Below, piece by piece: positions 1-15,900 of a stretch of DNA of 64,000 nucleotides (within the stretch, counting starts at the first letter, position 1; every line of letters starts with the position of its first letter). Under the pieces are notes generated by a model. It saw only the letters and a program-made list of their open reading frames with translations, was not told the DNA's origin and did not search any database. A program made the position numbers and the translations under genes. This DNA comes from Antedon mediterranea (taxonomy: Eukaryota > Animalia > Echinodermata): NCBI RefSeq assembly GCF_964355755.1, contig NC_092675.1:17580912-17644911 (forward strand). The letters run 5' to 3'.

Positions 1-904
1 ACTGCTGCCATAGAAACAATTTAACATATATGAGTCACCATAGCAACAGCAACAAATTGGCTGCCATAGACAAAATTTAGCATAATATGCTGTCATCATA
101 GCAACATTTCAAACAATTCAGCCACCACTTGAAATCTCCCACACTAATGTTTGTTTCTTTATTTTATGCATTTCTATGATTTTTTTTAAGCTACATGCAC
201 CAGCTACCAAAATGCAAATAACAAATACGAATTTTTTTTTAAAGATTTTTCTACACAAATTTAAATATATTTATGGTGAATGTATTCTATTTGCAGTACA
301 CTGCAGCATAATAGAAAACAACCATATTGTCAAATTTAGTTGATTAGTGATTAGAAAGTGAATTTTAACATGAAAAACCCAAATATTATCCAAATAAACT
401 GAAAGTTAGTAAAAAAATTCAACCTGGGAAAAACCATGAAAACATTTTTTTTAATAGAAAAAAAATGATTTTTAAATAATTTTTGTCATTGATAAAATTA
501 ATATTATAACATATTTGTATTGTATTGTAAAAACACAACACCAAGAAGTAATAGAGGAATATGATGATCCGTGATTACGATCTATGTTTACAAGCCAATT
601 GGTGAACATAGCGTCTAAAACTATGCACAAATTTTAAACCAGGATTAGTTGATTGGTTTGTAAGCATATGCAGATCTCCATATTATCCTGTTGTGTTATA
701 ATCTTTGATGTAGTGTCATGAAATAATACCATCATTTTGTGTGACATGCAGTCATTTTTATATCTAAAATTTTCAATTTTAATTTGAAAGAATAAAAAGT
801 TGCTATTATGTGCAGCCGATGATTTTTTTTAAAGACTAGACAGGCATACAAATGCACCTTTTCAAATCAATAATATTGGCCTATTGTCACAACTGGAGTC
901 TTAC

Positions 905-965
905 CTCATAAGTGAATCATCGGTTAAACTGATTGACGGCTTTATTGCTGGTTTTACGCCTTTAT
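905..965 (-). CDS. MYO9: Myosin IX exon 11, loop-2 insert ([21 protein letters not shown])
   Basis: CAG| acceptor, AG|GTAA donor, open in phase 1; the sequence is poorly conserved, so support is structural only. Confidence 0.65.
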
Positions 966-3900
966 CTGAAAGAATACAATTTAACGAATGTTTATAAGTT
1001 AAATGTGGAGAATAATTTATTGAATTGAACGACTGACTGTTTATTTGATGAGACAAAGCCAAGTTGAATAGGACATTTGCCTTTTTTACTCTGCTTCATC
1101 TTCCTTTTTTGGTTATCTTGGATATAGATGGACAGAATATCATGATTTCCGGAAATTTTTTATTGTCAATCAATTGTAAAGTTAGTCATGCTTTTAACGA
1201 ATGAAAATCAAGCATTGCACACATATATTACATACTGTAGTACAATACTACTGTGCAATAGTACTGATCAGCAGATCTTGGACATTCACTCATGTGTAAC
1301 TAAATTTACGTAAGGGCAAAATTCGGTAAATCGCGCGTTACTTTTAGAATATTTACTCGATGGTATATAAAGGTGGTTCATACTTTTTGTACTGATGTTT
1401 TAACCACCTGTTGATTTGACTCAAAAATTCTTCTCATTTTGGGAAAAGTTTCTCTTTCGGGAAGTAATTCCCAGGGTGCTAATTTTAGTTGACTACATAA
1501 ATCACTGTCGAATCTATTCGTTCCTGTAAACGACATGTATTATTGTCCAACATACATGTGAAATAGGCAGTTTTTTTACGGTGAAATTACTATGTATTCG
1601 AGAACCATCTAGTATTACATAAGTTTCCCAGAATTGTCTAATCCTAATAAGAATACGCGCTGAGCAAAGTCGTGTGACCTACCGCATCACTCAAGGATAG
1701 CAATGCTTGTGAATATCTCAAACGACATCAAAACATGCGAGGAATTTCGAAAGTCTGCTGATCAGTACTGTCCCTTAATCGTGACAAAATAATGCATGAA
1801 TTAACCAAATGCCAGTATTTTGTTAAAAAGGTACAAAAAACACCAATTATTAAATCAGTAAAGCAGTTCCAATTAAAACTGTGATCAAATGTCCTCTGTG
1901 AAATTAGCATATTTGGTGGCTTTTGTTCAACAAAAGGTATTTTTATCCAACCTGGGTTTTCTCTGTGGTATTTGCCGGCTTTTTTGAATGCAGACATTGC
2001 TCGAAAGAATGCCCTCACAATGGCCCATCTGAAGACAGCTACTGGATCCAAACCAACCATCTCTCGTACAAATGCAAATTGACTATTTTTAAGCACAGAC
2101 ACAATATCAGGCCGCATTAGATCTGTATTTTTCTCTCGGAAATCCTGAAAAATTATTTAAAATATTTTAATGATTTATATTTTTTTAAGTAATTTTACCC
2201 AAATTAACAGGGTTAAGTTAAATCTTATAAAAAGTTGGACTTTTGGATAAGAAAAATCAAGGTATGGTAATGTATTTGTCAATATAAACAAAATATTGGG
2301 CTAAAAACAACATCAAGGTGAACTAGAGATATGATTACTAGCTGAATTATATTATATGTTTGATGCAAAAATGATGGGGTAACAATATTTACAGCGCTTA
2401 AAGGTTTCACAACATTAGGACATTTATAAATCCAGGATATCATTATTATTATGACTAATGACCTGCAGATTGTAAAACTGAATGTTTTATAAGCTCTTAC
2501 TGGTATCACCATTACATGTAAATTTAAATGGGGGAATAACATGCGACTTGCAGCCTACTGGGCTGAATTGCGCAACTATCTATGACAGGGGCTGAATGGA
2601 CAAGTACACAAGGTTAACCCCTACTCTTCCGATAGATGTACTATTATTGTATTGCGCAACTATCTATGACAGGGGCTGAATGGACCAGTACACAAGGTTA
2701 ACCCCTACTCTTCCGATAGATGTACTATTATTGTATTGCGCAACTATCTATGACAGGGGCTGAATGGACCAGTACACAAGGTTAACCCCTACTCTTCCGA
2801 TAGATGTACTATTATTGTATTGCGCAACTATCTATGACAGTGGCTGAATGGACCAGTACACAAGGTTAACCCCTACTCTTCCGATAGATGTACTATTATT
2901 GTATTGCGCAACTATCTATGACAGGGGCTGAATGGACCAGTACACAAGGTTAACCCCTACTCTTCTGATAGATGTACTATTATTGTACACCATTTGAGAC
3001 CTTACTTTAACTTGATATTTGACTTGTCCAGCATAATGCACAACAATAAAGGCAGCTTCTCTTATTGGTAAGGTTTCAAAATAATAATGAAATTTATGTT
3101 CTTTGATGAATTTTCCGAGCAAATTGTGTCCATCGTTATCCTTTGCGGGAAAACTAGAGAAATAGAAGAAATACAATTGAAAATAATAATAATCCTTGAA
3201 CAGATGGATAATTTCTTTTAAAATCTGAGATACTTTTCATATGCGACAGCGAAAAATTGTTAGAAAATCAAAATTCATGTCATTAAATAAACTCAATGTA
3301 TGTTTGTATGATTTTACATAAAGATGCACATGGGCAGATGAAAAACTGCAAATGTAAGTTTGCCAGTAGATATGATGTTGTGTAAAGTACAGACTTACTT
3401 GCAATCATCATTGAGTATATGAATAAGTCCGGTGGGTTTCTTCTCAATCAGATGCAGACATTCTGTGTTGTCAATAAAGTCTATAGACTCCCATACAATT
3501 CCTTCTCGTGTGTATTCTTCCTGCACACAAAATAAGGTCACAATGAATGTTCAATAGTTTAGGTTATTTATTAATTTATTTAATTTCTGCCATGTACATT
3601 ACAAAGAAGACAAAACAATTATAAAAGGAGGCAAGGAAAGACCCAACAGGTGCTAAACACCTATGCTAGTTGGTCAACCCAGAACAGATAAATAAATAAA
3701 TTAATTAAATTCTACAATTAAAGCATCTACAAGAAAGAAAAAAAGAAAACGCCTATGCTAGTTGGTCAACCCAGAACAGATAAATAAATTAATTAATTAA
3801 ATTCTACATTTAAGCATCTACAAGAAAGCGACCAACTACACACTTTTTCAATATCAAAATTATTTTAAAAATACAGAATATGAAGAAAATAATTATCGTC

Positions 3901-6900
3901 TAGGCCTAGATAGCAAGATTGTCGGACAATTTTACACAAAAGCAATCAGGCCAAAAGATAATCATGAACATACAAATGATTAGTCATATACACAGATGAT
4001 TGGGTCTACAGAAGGCCTAAGCCTACCTTATACCTAGTATGAACTAATAACACTTGTATAATCAGAATATTAAATTTTCAATCAGAACACGGGTCTTATC
4101 ATGCATATTTGGTCTATTAGCAAGTGGTTCAGGCCTTATGCTTATAAATCCCTTTTTAAAGCTTGCATTTTAATTTTATTACAAAGTAGATGTGTCAGTG
4201 TAAACTGACATAGATGATGTTTCTTAGCAGTTAAATAACAAACACAGGTTAAGTCACCTGTTCTAACTTGAACACATGTTGGTTGAAGTAGTACTGCAAA
4301 TGCTCATTTGCATAATTTATGCAAAATTGCTCAAAACTGTTTCGATAGAAGTCTTCAAATCCAAAGATGTCAAGCACACCAATTGAATTACCCTGAAAAG
4401 AAGTTTAAAATAGATTTTGTTTAATATGACAAGCCACACTATCTATATCAAGGATTATTCATGTACTATCCATCCTTATTGAGTAAAGTAATGAGTTTGA
4501 TGGTGGCAACTGATTGTGGTGTGTGTCCTAATTTTGTATGGTAATAGATGACGTTATTATACCTGCAGAACAAGATAGGAATGAATGGGTATGGTATGAG
4601 TATAATTAAGACGGTTATAACACATTTCCACTAAAGATTAAAGGGGGTAAGGTTCCTTACACTCATTTATATTTCTTTTTAATCATTTACACTGTCTTTG
4701 CCATCAATGATCAACCACATAACAAGAAGTTGATCAAGATAGTGTGATCTTACAATGCTTATTAAATTGGAACTATATACATTAAATTGGGCATGTCTAC
4801 AAGAAGTACATTTTTTATTCACTTAACTCATCTCATATATAACTTATCATAAGGTTGTTAATTCCCTCCAGTTTTATATTGCATTTTGTGAATTTAACAA
4901 GATGTAACTGTATTAAAAACTATATTACTAGATATAAGACATGTATCCACAATGATATAAAAAATCAGACATCAATATACAGAATATGAATTGATCTCTT
5001 ATATTTTCTCTATTTTGTTAAAAATGTCATATTAAAAACTCTAGTACATTATATACATTCAAGTCTAGCTTAAAGACTCATTTATTCACCATGTCTTATC
5101 CAGAAAACTTGTAGCATATTTGTGATGTTTTTTGTGATGTCTTTAAGATTTGTAACTTTTTTTCATGTTCTTTGTTGTCAGTAGCGCAGTGAGCGTCTTT
5201 TTTAGACGGATGCTTGCGCTTTACAAATTTCCATTATTATTATTATTATTATTATTATTATCATCAAATAAGCGCCATAGCTCATACACATTGAGTGTGA
5301 CACTTAACACTATGCTTAATTCACTGCTGCAGTGATTGTTTTGATGGATTGATTTATTACTATACTACATTTGTATTATGTCAATATAAGACAGGAAATA
5401 TATATTAAAAATAGATTTGTTTTTGGGTCATTGTGGAGTATTTTGTGGCAATTAAAACAATTATTTAATCAATATCATGTAACCTGATAAAGCTGGCTTT
5501 AATCAAGGAGTTTCGGCATTATAGTCCAGACATATTGTATATGATTTTATGTAGTGCAATACATGTGATTTCACATCAATGTATGTCATCTCATAATTTG
5601 TATCTGACCTTTCATAATCTACTTTAAGGCCAAAAGAAATTGTTGGTTTGCCCTTCATTCTGGAAAATTGTTAGGGAGGGTGGAAATCGTATCTTTCGCT
5701 ATTTTTTATGTGTTTTAATCTGATATATCAAAGTTTCATGTGCGAGTTATTCTTGCATATACAGAGCGTAACAAATGTAATTAATTATATCTAAAAAACT
5801 TAAAAGCTGGACATAAAATAGGAAGAGTTTACTGTTGTTATGCATTGTTTATGCAGATTTAAATGTGTGCCAATCTCCAGTCGGGAGTTTCTATATATCA
5901 CTAAGCATGCTGTTGGCCTTGCTAAACTTATGCCTACTGTAGCCTCATGGTAAATTATCTAATAGCGCACTATCTAGCCTAGCTTCTAGGTTGACAACAA
6001 ATATCATCCTCTGATAGCCATAAGGTCGACACACGATAAGTGGTAGTTCTATCAGGCGTGCAGCTTACATCCTCATAGCAATTAGCTAAGCTTAGATTGA
6101 AATTTACGTATTTAAGCTTCATGAAACTTTTGCTCCTAGATTTCGGCGATTTAGGTGATGGTAGGCAAACAACTCTTTTTTTTGGCCTAATAGGGCTCAC
6201 AAATTTCTTCTATTACAAATTAAATTGTTAAATTAGTATTGTTAAATAAAAAGCAAAAAATGTGTTCTTTTTTAAAAAGAGGCAACAAAATATTTTGTAA
6301 CGTGCTATGTATTCTATTGTTAAATAGTTAACATTGTAGTTAAATCAATAATTAACTATTGTAATAACACTAACATAATTTATTATTTATTTAATGACAC
6401 TGCTATGAGTTATAAATAGTTTTATGCTTTTAAATCATATTCATTAATGTTATAATGCAGATTTAGTACAAAGTTTTTTATCTCTGGTATCTGGTTAAAA
6501 GTGATACAAGGGTAGCCTAAACACTATTAAATGAATAAGCCTTGTGTGGTTAATTTCTTTCTGTAAGTAAAAAATCATAAACAAAATTGAATACCCACTG
6601 TATTTATTAAGACTATATTATCATGCAAAAAGTGTTTTTTAAACTTTGCAATAATAAACTCTGCTGACCCACAGTTGATGTAGGACATTACAAACTTAAA
6701 ACCAGTATGATATATCACCTGATTTACTTGGGATATATTCTTTGGCTAACAAATTTGTTTGCAAATATATAATTATTCTGAATTTGTATGAAAATTTATG
6801 TATCAAATAATGAATCAATATCATTTTAGATAAGTGCGTAAATTTACTGTTTAACTAAATTTGTTAAAAAAGCACAATGGTTTAAAAAAAGGGATTTTTA

Positions 6901-9900
6901 GATTACTCAATGACACCAAAGATATGAATCATTGGTACACTATTACATACCAACTAAGAGAAAAGAAGATATTAAAATGATGATTGGTTTGTGTGCAAAT
7001 TATTCTAACCATCTTTTACTCTATGTACTTCTGCCATGCAATGTGTGGTGGAAAAGGCCCTTTTTTCAAACAAAAGCAAGAATTACTAACCAAACTTGAA
7101 TATAAACATGGTAGTGCAAATTTTAGTGTATATTTCACTTAATACTTACGTTAAAATGGTGTTTACGTAAATGCTGAGAAAAATCAGAGATTTTTAAAAT
7201 GTGCTAAATCCAATACAAATACATTTTCAAATGTTATTAATTTGTTTCAAAAATTGTAAAATTATAAAATTGTAAGAAATTGGAGGAGAAAAGCATAGTT
7301 GCGCGTTATTTGATATGATTGGTCAGATTAATACCAGGGAAATACACATGTGCAGTAAGTCGGGGCGTCAAGGAGAGAGAGAGAGATTTTCCAGATAATT
7401 GTCTTTACAGTATGCAAACTTTTTGCAGGTGTATTAATGCCATTATGTAGTTGAAGGGTGTTGAATACTAACCTGGTGATCACCTTTTTCATTCCTAGCT
7501 AGAAGAGCATGGTTGACTTGTAAAACAATCCATTCAAACAGTGCGCTATATAATCCCTTTGCTAATGCGTCTCGAGTTGCTATAGCCTACAAGAAAAGTA
7601 ATTATATAAAATATCAAGGGGGTTCATTAAAAAATAACTCAATAATATTGGTTGTCAACAGTCAAGCATAGTATTGAAACAGTATAGCTATATCTTCCTA
7701 ATTTTGGTAAATTGTTGTGAAAATAGACACATGTGAAAATAAAACACGTCCTGTTTGATCACTGGACCTAAGGTTGAATTTGTTAATTCATAGTTAGTAT
7801 TTCTTTTTAAAAAATCTACTGTTTATTGCCTCTTAGTAATTTCTAAAAATATTATATAAAGTTTTTTTAAAATCAAACTTTCAGTTTTGATATATAATAT
7901 AATACAGATATTGCCTGCTTGGAGGCGAAATATAAGATTTGAGGTTCAGCGCGCCGTGCGTACCAGGTTACTTCTGTGAGTTTGTTTGTGCCAGTACAAG
8001 GGCTGGGCTTATACTTGTGTCAGTATGATATTATACTTACCTCACTCATTTTATATTGCACAACAAACTGATCACCACGAGCGCTTGATGTCCTTTTAGT
8101 CAGTGCTGAAACTAATGTCTCTTGCTTGACACGTAACAGGTCCGATACAACTTTTACCGTTGCTATGTTCTTGATGATCACAGATTCACCATGGTCCATA
8201 CGACTACGGAATGTTATATTTCCAATGTGAAGTACAGCCGAGAGCACCGAAAAAATTCTGCGGAGTATGAAGGAGAAGAATTTAAATAATGAATATTCAT
8301 GATGCAAATCATTAAAAGTTTCGTTTCATAGGATGCTAACAATGCAAGGGCTTTCAGCTTGAGTAGTAAGCAATCAAGTTTTATAAAACTATTTTATATA
8401 TCATAAAAAATGATATGTACTGTATTTGGAACTATTAATAGTTTTCATAGTGATGAAATTCTGCAGAGTATGAAGGAGAAGAATTTAAATAATGAATATT
8501 CATGATGTAAATCATTAAAAGTTTCGTTTCGTAGGATGCTAACAATGCAAGGGCTTTCAGCTTGAGTAGTAAGCAATCAAGTTTTATAAAACTATTTTAA
8601 TTTTTATATATCATAAAAAATTATATGTACTGTATTTGGAACTATTAATAGTTTTCATAGTGATACGTTCTTGGAAAAGTATACAATCAATAGAATTTAG
8701 AATTTTCACATTTTAGAAAATATTTATCAATTAATATATTAATTTATATATTATTTTAAAGATGACTTTAATAACAATATTATAATGGACGATACAGTAA
8801 TCAACTCATCCTTAATAGCAGCTTTGACAAATTGCTGGCTGGTTTGAAGGTAATATTTATTTTTATAAATGTGTATACAACATGAAAGCAAGGGTCCTAC
8901 AAGATTCTAGCTATTTTAAGACAAAATGTTACATTAAAATTAACAATTAACTAATGCGGCACAAACATTCTGATGACTGGTGCTTACCTCCTACTCTTTC
9001 CAAACCTCAATATTTTATATGAGAAATACATGAATCACCCTTTACAGTAAAAAGAAGTCTGTAACAAAATATGCAATGTAAACAATGTACAAACCTTCGC
9101 ATTGTTTCATGCGAGAAGCCAACCATCTCCATTGACTGGCGTAGACGATTGAATTCATACTTCTCATCACAACCATCTACAGTGTAACATTTACTCTAGA
9201 AATTTGAAAATAATATAAAATTCAACAATTATTCGAAGAATAAATGAGTCTAAGACTAGACAATTTGTAAATTTTTTATATCTTTTCCTGAATAACATAA
9301 TATTAAAAAATAAATAATAATATAGAGCTTTTAACACACAACCATTATATTTCTTAGTAGCTCCTTGAATGTCATGCCAATGGAAACAAAATCTTATGTA
9401 CTGTAGGTATATTATGGTAGAATGTTGGGTTCAAATCTGACAGATTGCCTTATTTTAACGCTTATCAAATTAATTTCAGTATATCTTGGGCCATTTAGAG
9501 TTTCTCTATGCCTGTAAGTTTATATATACTGTAAAAGATCTTCTTGTGACAATATTCTACAAGATGAGGGCATGCAAATTTTGTTGCACATGCATACACT
9601 CAAGACCTAATGTTATTCCACTAATTCCAAATTAATCAATTGGATTTGACCCATACCATTCAAATAAAAACGATAATTGTTATATTCTCAATAATTATTA
9701 TTTCTCCTAGATTATTACAATTAGTCATTACTTGATTGAGGTAATTGTAATCCTGTGCTTTCTGTAGCCAGAATGCCTCCCTCTCTTGGTCAGTAGCACC
9801 ATTCAGAAGATAGTAAAATACATGATAGTTACGTTCATCTGGTGATTGTGATATTATTCTGGATTTTTCAAGAAGATACTGTTCCACAATTGCACTGAAA

Positions 9901-12900
9901 AGAACAAAAATGCAGCTATTTAAAATCTTGTTTATCAATGTTACATATTTGAAATAAAAACAACTTGCAAAAAACATTAATTAAAATATAAAACAAAGCA
10001 AGAAATATAATAAAAAAGTAAAATAAAATTGAGCTTTTTATTCACAGGTTGTATTTTGTATACTGTATTGGATGGGTGACCACCTGAGAATACCAGGTCA
10101 GGTGGTGTATAGACAAGAGTGTGATAGCATGTGGTAGGCATAACAAAAATATACACTATTACTGTAGTTGAAAATATGGACTTTTCATTCTGCTTTAATC
10201 CCTTGAAATTTAAAATAAACCAAACTGGTCAACTGTATTTGGTTGAATTGCTCACAATAGTGCAGAGTAAGTTCCTTTTTAGAGGATAACTTCCACAATA
10301 TAAGCTTATCATCCAGGTTAACACTATAACTTTTTATTGAAATGTAAAGATTTAAATGTCCAATTAAAAAAAACAACAATTGATAACAGAAATGAAGAAA
10401 TAGTAAGGAGATTTTAAAACTAATGACGAAAGACAAGCTGATAATCTGTAAAAGAGTATGATTTAAAAGTTTTCATCTAATTCTTACTTGAATACTCATG
10501 GGAATCCTTCAGTATGTAAACAATTTGCATAAGGAAAGAAAACAAGTCATAAAAATAAACAAACATAATTAATATAAATTATTTTTTTAATAATAATAAG
10601 AGCAATCAGAGATTACATACAAGGCCAAACTCCAAAATTAAAAATGATTAAGCCCTGTTATTGTTTACAATACCGAATTAAAGTTTAGGCCAATGTAATG
10701 TTATATCATATTATTAAATTGACCAAATTAGGATTCTGATCTGAATTTCCTCCAAATTTAATGAAGTCATTTAATGAAGATTCATCTAAAATTATTAAAA
10801 TATTAAAAAGTGGTCCAGAGTTAAGATCTTGGTTCAGCCTCCAAAATGTAATGAATTCTTCCATGACCATACTACTGTTTGAATTTGTGGTTTTATTTGT
10901 GAAAATATCCTACCATGGTATTTTTATACCTCTATGATCCTAACAGACAAACAAAAGAACAAACAAATAAATATCACAGACAAAAATATAACCTCGTTAG
11001 CGGAGGTAATAACAACAATGATTATAAATGCATATAACCTAATGATTTTGTCAGAATCTTTATTTATTAGATTACAGTACTGTATATGCATTATTTAATG
11101 CATAATCTTTATTTATTAGATTACAGTACTGTATATGCATTATTATGCATAATCTTTATTTATTAGGTTATATGCATTATCATGCATAACCTTATTGATT
11201 CTGTCAGAATCTTTTTATTTATTTATTTATTTATTTATTTATTCTTTACTTAGCACTATTTTGTCCGTCAATTATCTTGAGATCAATTTTATCTAGCTAC
11301 TGTACGTCAATTTTTCAGAGTGTATTCCTTATGGCCAGGAATCAATGTGGTTATCTTTTCATGGTGCGAAATCAAAAATTATGTGATCGATTTAACAAAA
11401 TTACGTTTGTAATCATATTTTCACAATATATTATAATTAAATTAAACCAAATAAACATAAATTTCAGGTCAAATTTCATCATATGACAATACAAATATGT
11501 GCGTAGCGCATAACGTATGCATATGCGCGCTTACAATTTTCTAAATTGTCAACATTTATTTTCTATGAAAGTAGAGTATGTTTCAGTAAATTTTAAGTGT
11601 TTCAAAATTGTCATGAGTGCGCAGAATTTTGCATGCGCACTGTGCGTTAAACTATAATGACCACTCTTTTTGCCTGATTTCTGTTTTACAACCTTTCTTT
11701 AGCAATTCCATCATATTTTATTCACTTTTCAACTTGAAACTATGTTATACGAGCACGTTAAAAGTTAAGTTAACAAAATGTTTATGTATTTTAAAATTAA
11801 TATAGATCGTCCGAATGCTCTGGAAACCCTATTTTTCATTTCATTTCCTTAAAGTGTACAGTATGTATCATATGTATGATTTATTATAAATTAAGATAAA
11901 AAAGTATTGAGTCTAATTTACTATTTTGTACAATTTATACAATGTTTTATCTCAACAATGCCAAATGTTCTCATAAATAAAAAAAAGGATGAGGGACTAT
12001 ACTATACACAGATATTATACCGTATTATTATTAACCTGTTGATTCTGTCAAGGATCATTAATATAAAATGTATTATTATTTTTCTTGGTTTGAATACACT
12101 TTGGGGTCTGAAATAATGGTAACTACCTTGTACAGAGTTTTGTGGAAGATACATTGTCATAAGTGCACAAAATAACTAAGTCTTTCCATTTTCTTCTGGG
12201 TGAATTTAATGCATTGTCTCAAATGAATCATACAAATTAACAAGGGATGACAAAGATTCACATCCTAAGAGTTACTATACACTAGATGGTACCCGAGCGA
12301 AGTGACCGTACAATCTAGGTCGTGCTCACAGATGGTTCTCGAATACATAGTAATTTCAGCGTTAAAAAAAACTAAAACTCGTCTACAGAGAAACGAATAA
12401 ATAGACACGATGATTTATGTAGTCAACTAAAATTAGCACCCTAAAAATTAGGCCTACTTGTCATAGCTTGTATGTATTGTAAGTATGTAACATTAGGGTT
12501 CAGGGATGGGGAAGAGGATGGGTACAATTTTTTTTTTATAGGCCTATAAATAATATATAAGCCTACCACTAAATACAGTAAAACATTTGCAATTTAAAAC
12601 TGTCACCGTCATAGTCGATTGAAATAGTAAAGTACATGTAAACGATACACCATATCGATGTTTATATTTTTTGTAATTATTAATTAATACAAATGTTGAG
12701 AAGCAACTGTCAGTAATAGTTTAAAAGTTTATTTGTATATTGTGCGTTTATATATCTAACCAGTGGCGGATCTCAGACCTGACAAGGGGAGGTGGCCACG
12801 AAAGTAGCAAACAAGGTGCGTAGCACCAATCGGGGGCGGGTTTCTGAAATTTTTTTTTTAAATAGATGCTTACAGTTTACACACAGTTTAATAATATGCT

Positions 12901-15900
12901 AGAGCAACTGTTTCCATCACAATTAATAACAAATGTTACATAATGTAAATTTCAATCCTTCCTAAATACTGAACGGATCTTTTTAGACAAACTAATAATA
13001 AACTTTGATCAAAAACATTTGGTAATGCGGTACTCCGAAAATGCCTCGATAGTGCATGTGTTGTGTACCGTGTTTTGGTGATCTGTTAACCTCAGATATC
13101 TTAACGCTGGGTGAATAACTCAGTGTAAATTAGTATACCATGATTGCAATAATCGCTGTGTCTATAACACAAAAGGTGGTTAAAATCAGTACTGAAAGTA
13201 CGAACCAACTTTATACCATCAAGTAAACATTCTAGAAGCAATGCACGATTTACCGAATTTTGCCCTTACGTACATTTAAATATAGTATAGATTAGATATA
13301 ATTTAGTAAAGTGTCTTTGTTGAAAAAACACTATTCATAATAATCATACTGTACTATGTCATTTTTGGTTTAAATGTTTCTGATATCTTACCCATGAACT
13401 GTGCCATTTTGTCGATAGTTTACTTGAATAAATTTGCCAAATCTACTGCTGTTGTTATTTACAACTGTTTTTGCATTTCCAAAGGCCTGAGGAAAAAGAA
13501 AACAAACAAAATATTGATACTGGAGGAAAACAAAGAAAGGCAATCTACTACAACTTTCAAATTGTGAAGCAATGGTATTACAGTATAACGCCTTTGTTCA
13601 GAAAATTAAGGATCCAAGCTAGAAATACCTTCTAGTATTACACATATACCTTCTAGTAACACCTATATACCTTCTAGTAACACATAATAATTAATATACA
13701 TTCTAGTAATTACACCTAATTATACAGTTCCTTCTAGTATCAACTAATACAGTATACTGTACCTTTAAGTAACATCTAATATACAGTACCTTCTAGTAAC
13801 ACCTAACAATAGCCCCAAAAAATCATTCAAAGATGAAACAAATCGAAAAACCAATTCATTTTATAACTAAGCATTGCCTTTATAACCAATATGTTGATGG
13901 TATTTCAGGTATTTCAATAACCTGGAGTGTTTTACAGTATCCATGCTTCAGTTTATGGTCTATAGGTTTTCATATTGTTCATACTCTTATGGTGTTTTAA
14001 GTTAATAACTTGTGATATCAATTCCAATAGTCTAAAGAAAATCTATACAGTAGAAATAAAAGTCTTTTTTAAAAAATATCGGTTTGCCATAACCTAACAA
14101 GAGGGTGAACTCGATCTTGCTCTCTCTCTCTCTCTGTAGTGTAGACGATGGTTCTAAGATTGTTTTATGACGCTGGGAAAAACCAGTCTATTGGCAGTTT
14201 CGGCAACTTGTTTCAGCCCATTTTCGGGAGTGAGCTACCAAAATTATTATAAAATTTGTACGAGATAAATACAGTGGATTGGTCAAATAGAAATTTGTAT
14301 TTAAATAAACCTAAATCTGTTTTCATATAGGCCTGGTTCACACTAGCAGTTAACCGTTATCACAGCCTGCATGAGAACACGCAATTCGATGGTTCGTTCC
14401 GGCCTATCAGGATAGGCTATCGGTTAGAGATTTGACCTTCATTTCATTAATAGCCAATCAGCTTCTATTATATATTATACCAAGGTCGCATATGATGGTG
14501 TAAGTTTTTAAGTGCAGAGAAATAGGCCTACAGTAGTTGTCATTCACTTTAATATTATTTCGATGTGAAGCACTTTCACTGTAAAAGTGCTACCAGGCCT
14601 AATATAAATTTATTATAGCCTGGAGTTTGTTTTACTTTGTTTTGTATTTTTTTCAATCAATATAAAATAATAAATAAATATTTTTTTTTTGTGTTTCTTT
14701 GCTTCTTATTCACTCATGTGTGTTTCTATCTCCTCCGTCACACCAAATCATTGAGCATGTCATACATCGCATCTTAAGAATAATCCATGCTGCTGCTACT
14801 CACATGCGTGATTTGCGAAATCAGCAGCTATCACATGCACGATTTGTTTGTTTGTTATAAATAATTACTCCGCATGCATTTTGGGAAAGAAAATAAACAA
14901 AGCCTCATCACACAGCGCATGTACACGTACTGTACAAACTGTTGTCACAAGTTTAACTAGCAGGCACAGGTAGACAAGGCTCGCATTAGATATTCGTGAC
15001 AATTACGAGTTATTACAATATTTTACCAGCTTTGATTGACGTGTTCACATGCAGGAATCCTTAACAACTTGTTACTTTTGAAAAAAATTGTACGAGTGAA
15101 ATGGGTACTAGAAGGGTGATTGTCCAAGGGAGAGTTGTCCGGGTGCTAGTTGTCTGAGGAGTAGTTGTCCAGGGGGTGATTATCTTTTTCGTACATTAGG
15201 AACCCCTTATGTGAAAACATAGTCTTGAAACTACTTCCTAAATATAACTAAACCTAACCCTCTAAATAATCTCTCTCACTATCGTTACACATCACACCTT
15301 ATAGATGACTAATGATATGCATGTTTATTTTGTGACGTTTCATGAGGGTACGAAAAGAAATATCGCGTCACCCCACTTTAAAACCAGAAACTGAGAAAAT
15401 TATTTGAATGTAGAAATCCTATTTTTATTAGGCAACTCCGAACAATGTTCTATAAACTAATACAATAGGAGCAGGGCTGTATTTCATTATGTTCACACAA
15501 TATTATGTAGAAAGAAAATAATGTGTTCTCTTACCTCCAATACTGGTCCAGCGCCAAGTAGCGTTTGTTCAACCCCCGTACCATGTCCCTTTTGACTCAA
15601 CGCCGTCAAATGGTGAATCAGAAGGTTCGTACTTTCTGTTTTTCCTGATCCACTCTCCCCAGAAATAACTACGCACTGATTACGTTTTTCTTCGAGCATA
15701 GCATGAAATGATGCATCCGCAACTGCAAATATATGTGGATCCAACTCATGTAGCTTGCGGTTCTGATAACGATCAACATACTCCGGATTATAAATAGGAT
15801 AGAACTTGAATGGGTTGATTGCAATAAGTATAGAACCAACATAAGTGTAGATTTTACCCTGTTTAAACCTGGTTACTAAGTTTTTAAGGAGCATATCCTC

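Noticed and set aside
2567-2987. CRISPR-like regular repeats (also 36179-37772 and 54832-55203)
   Set aside because: Whole units repeat with no unique spacers, there are no cas genes, and the context is eukaryotic
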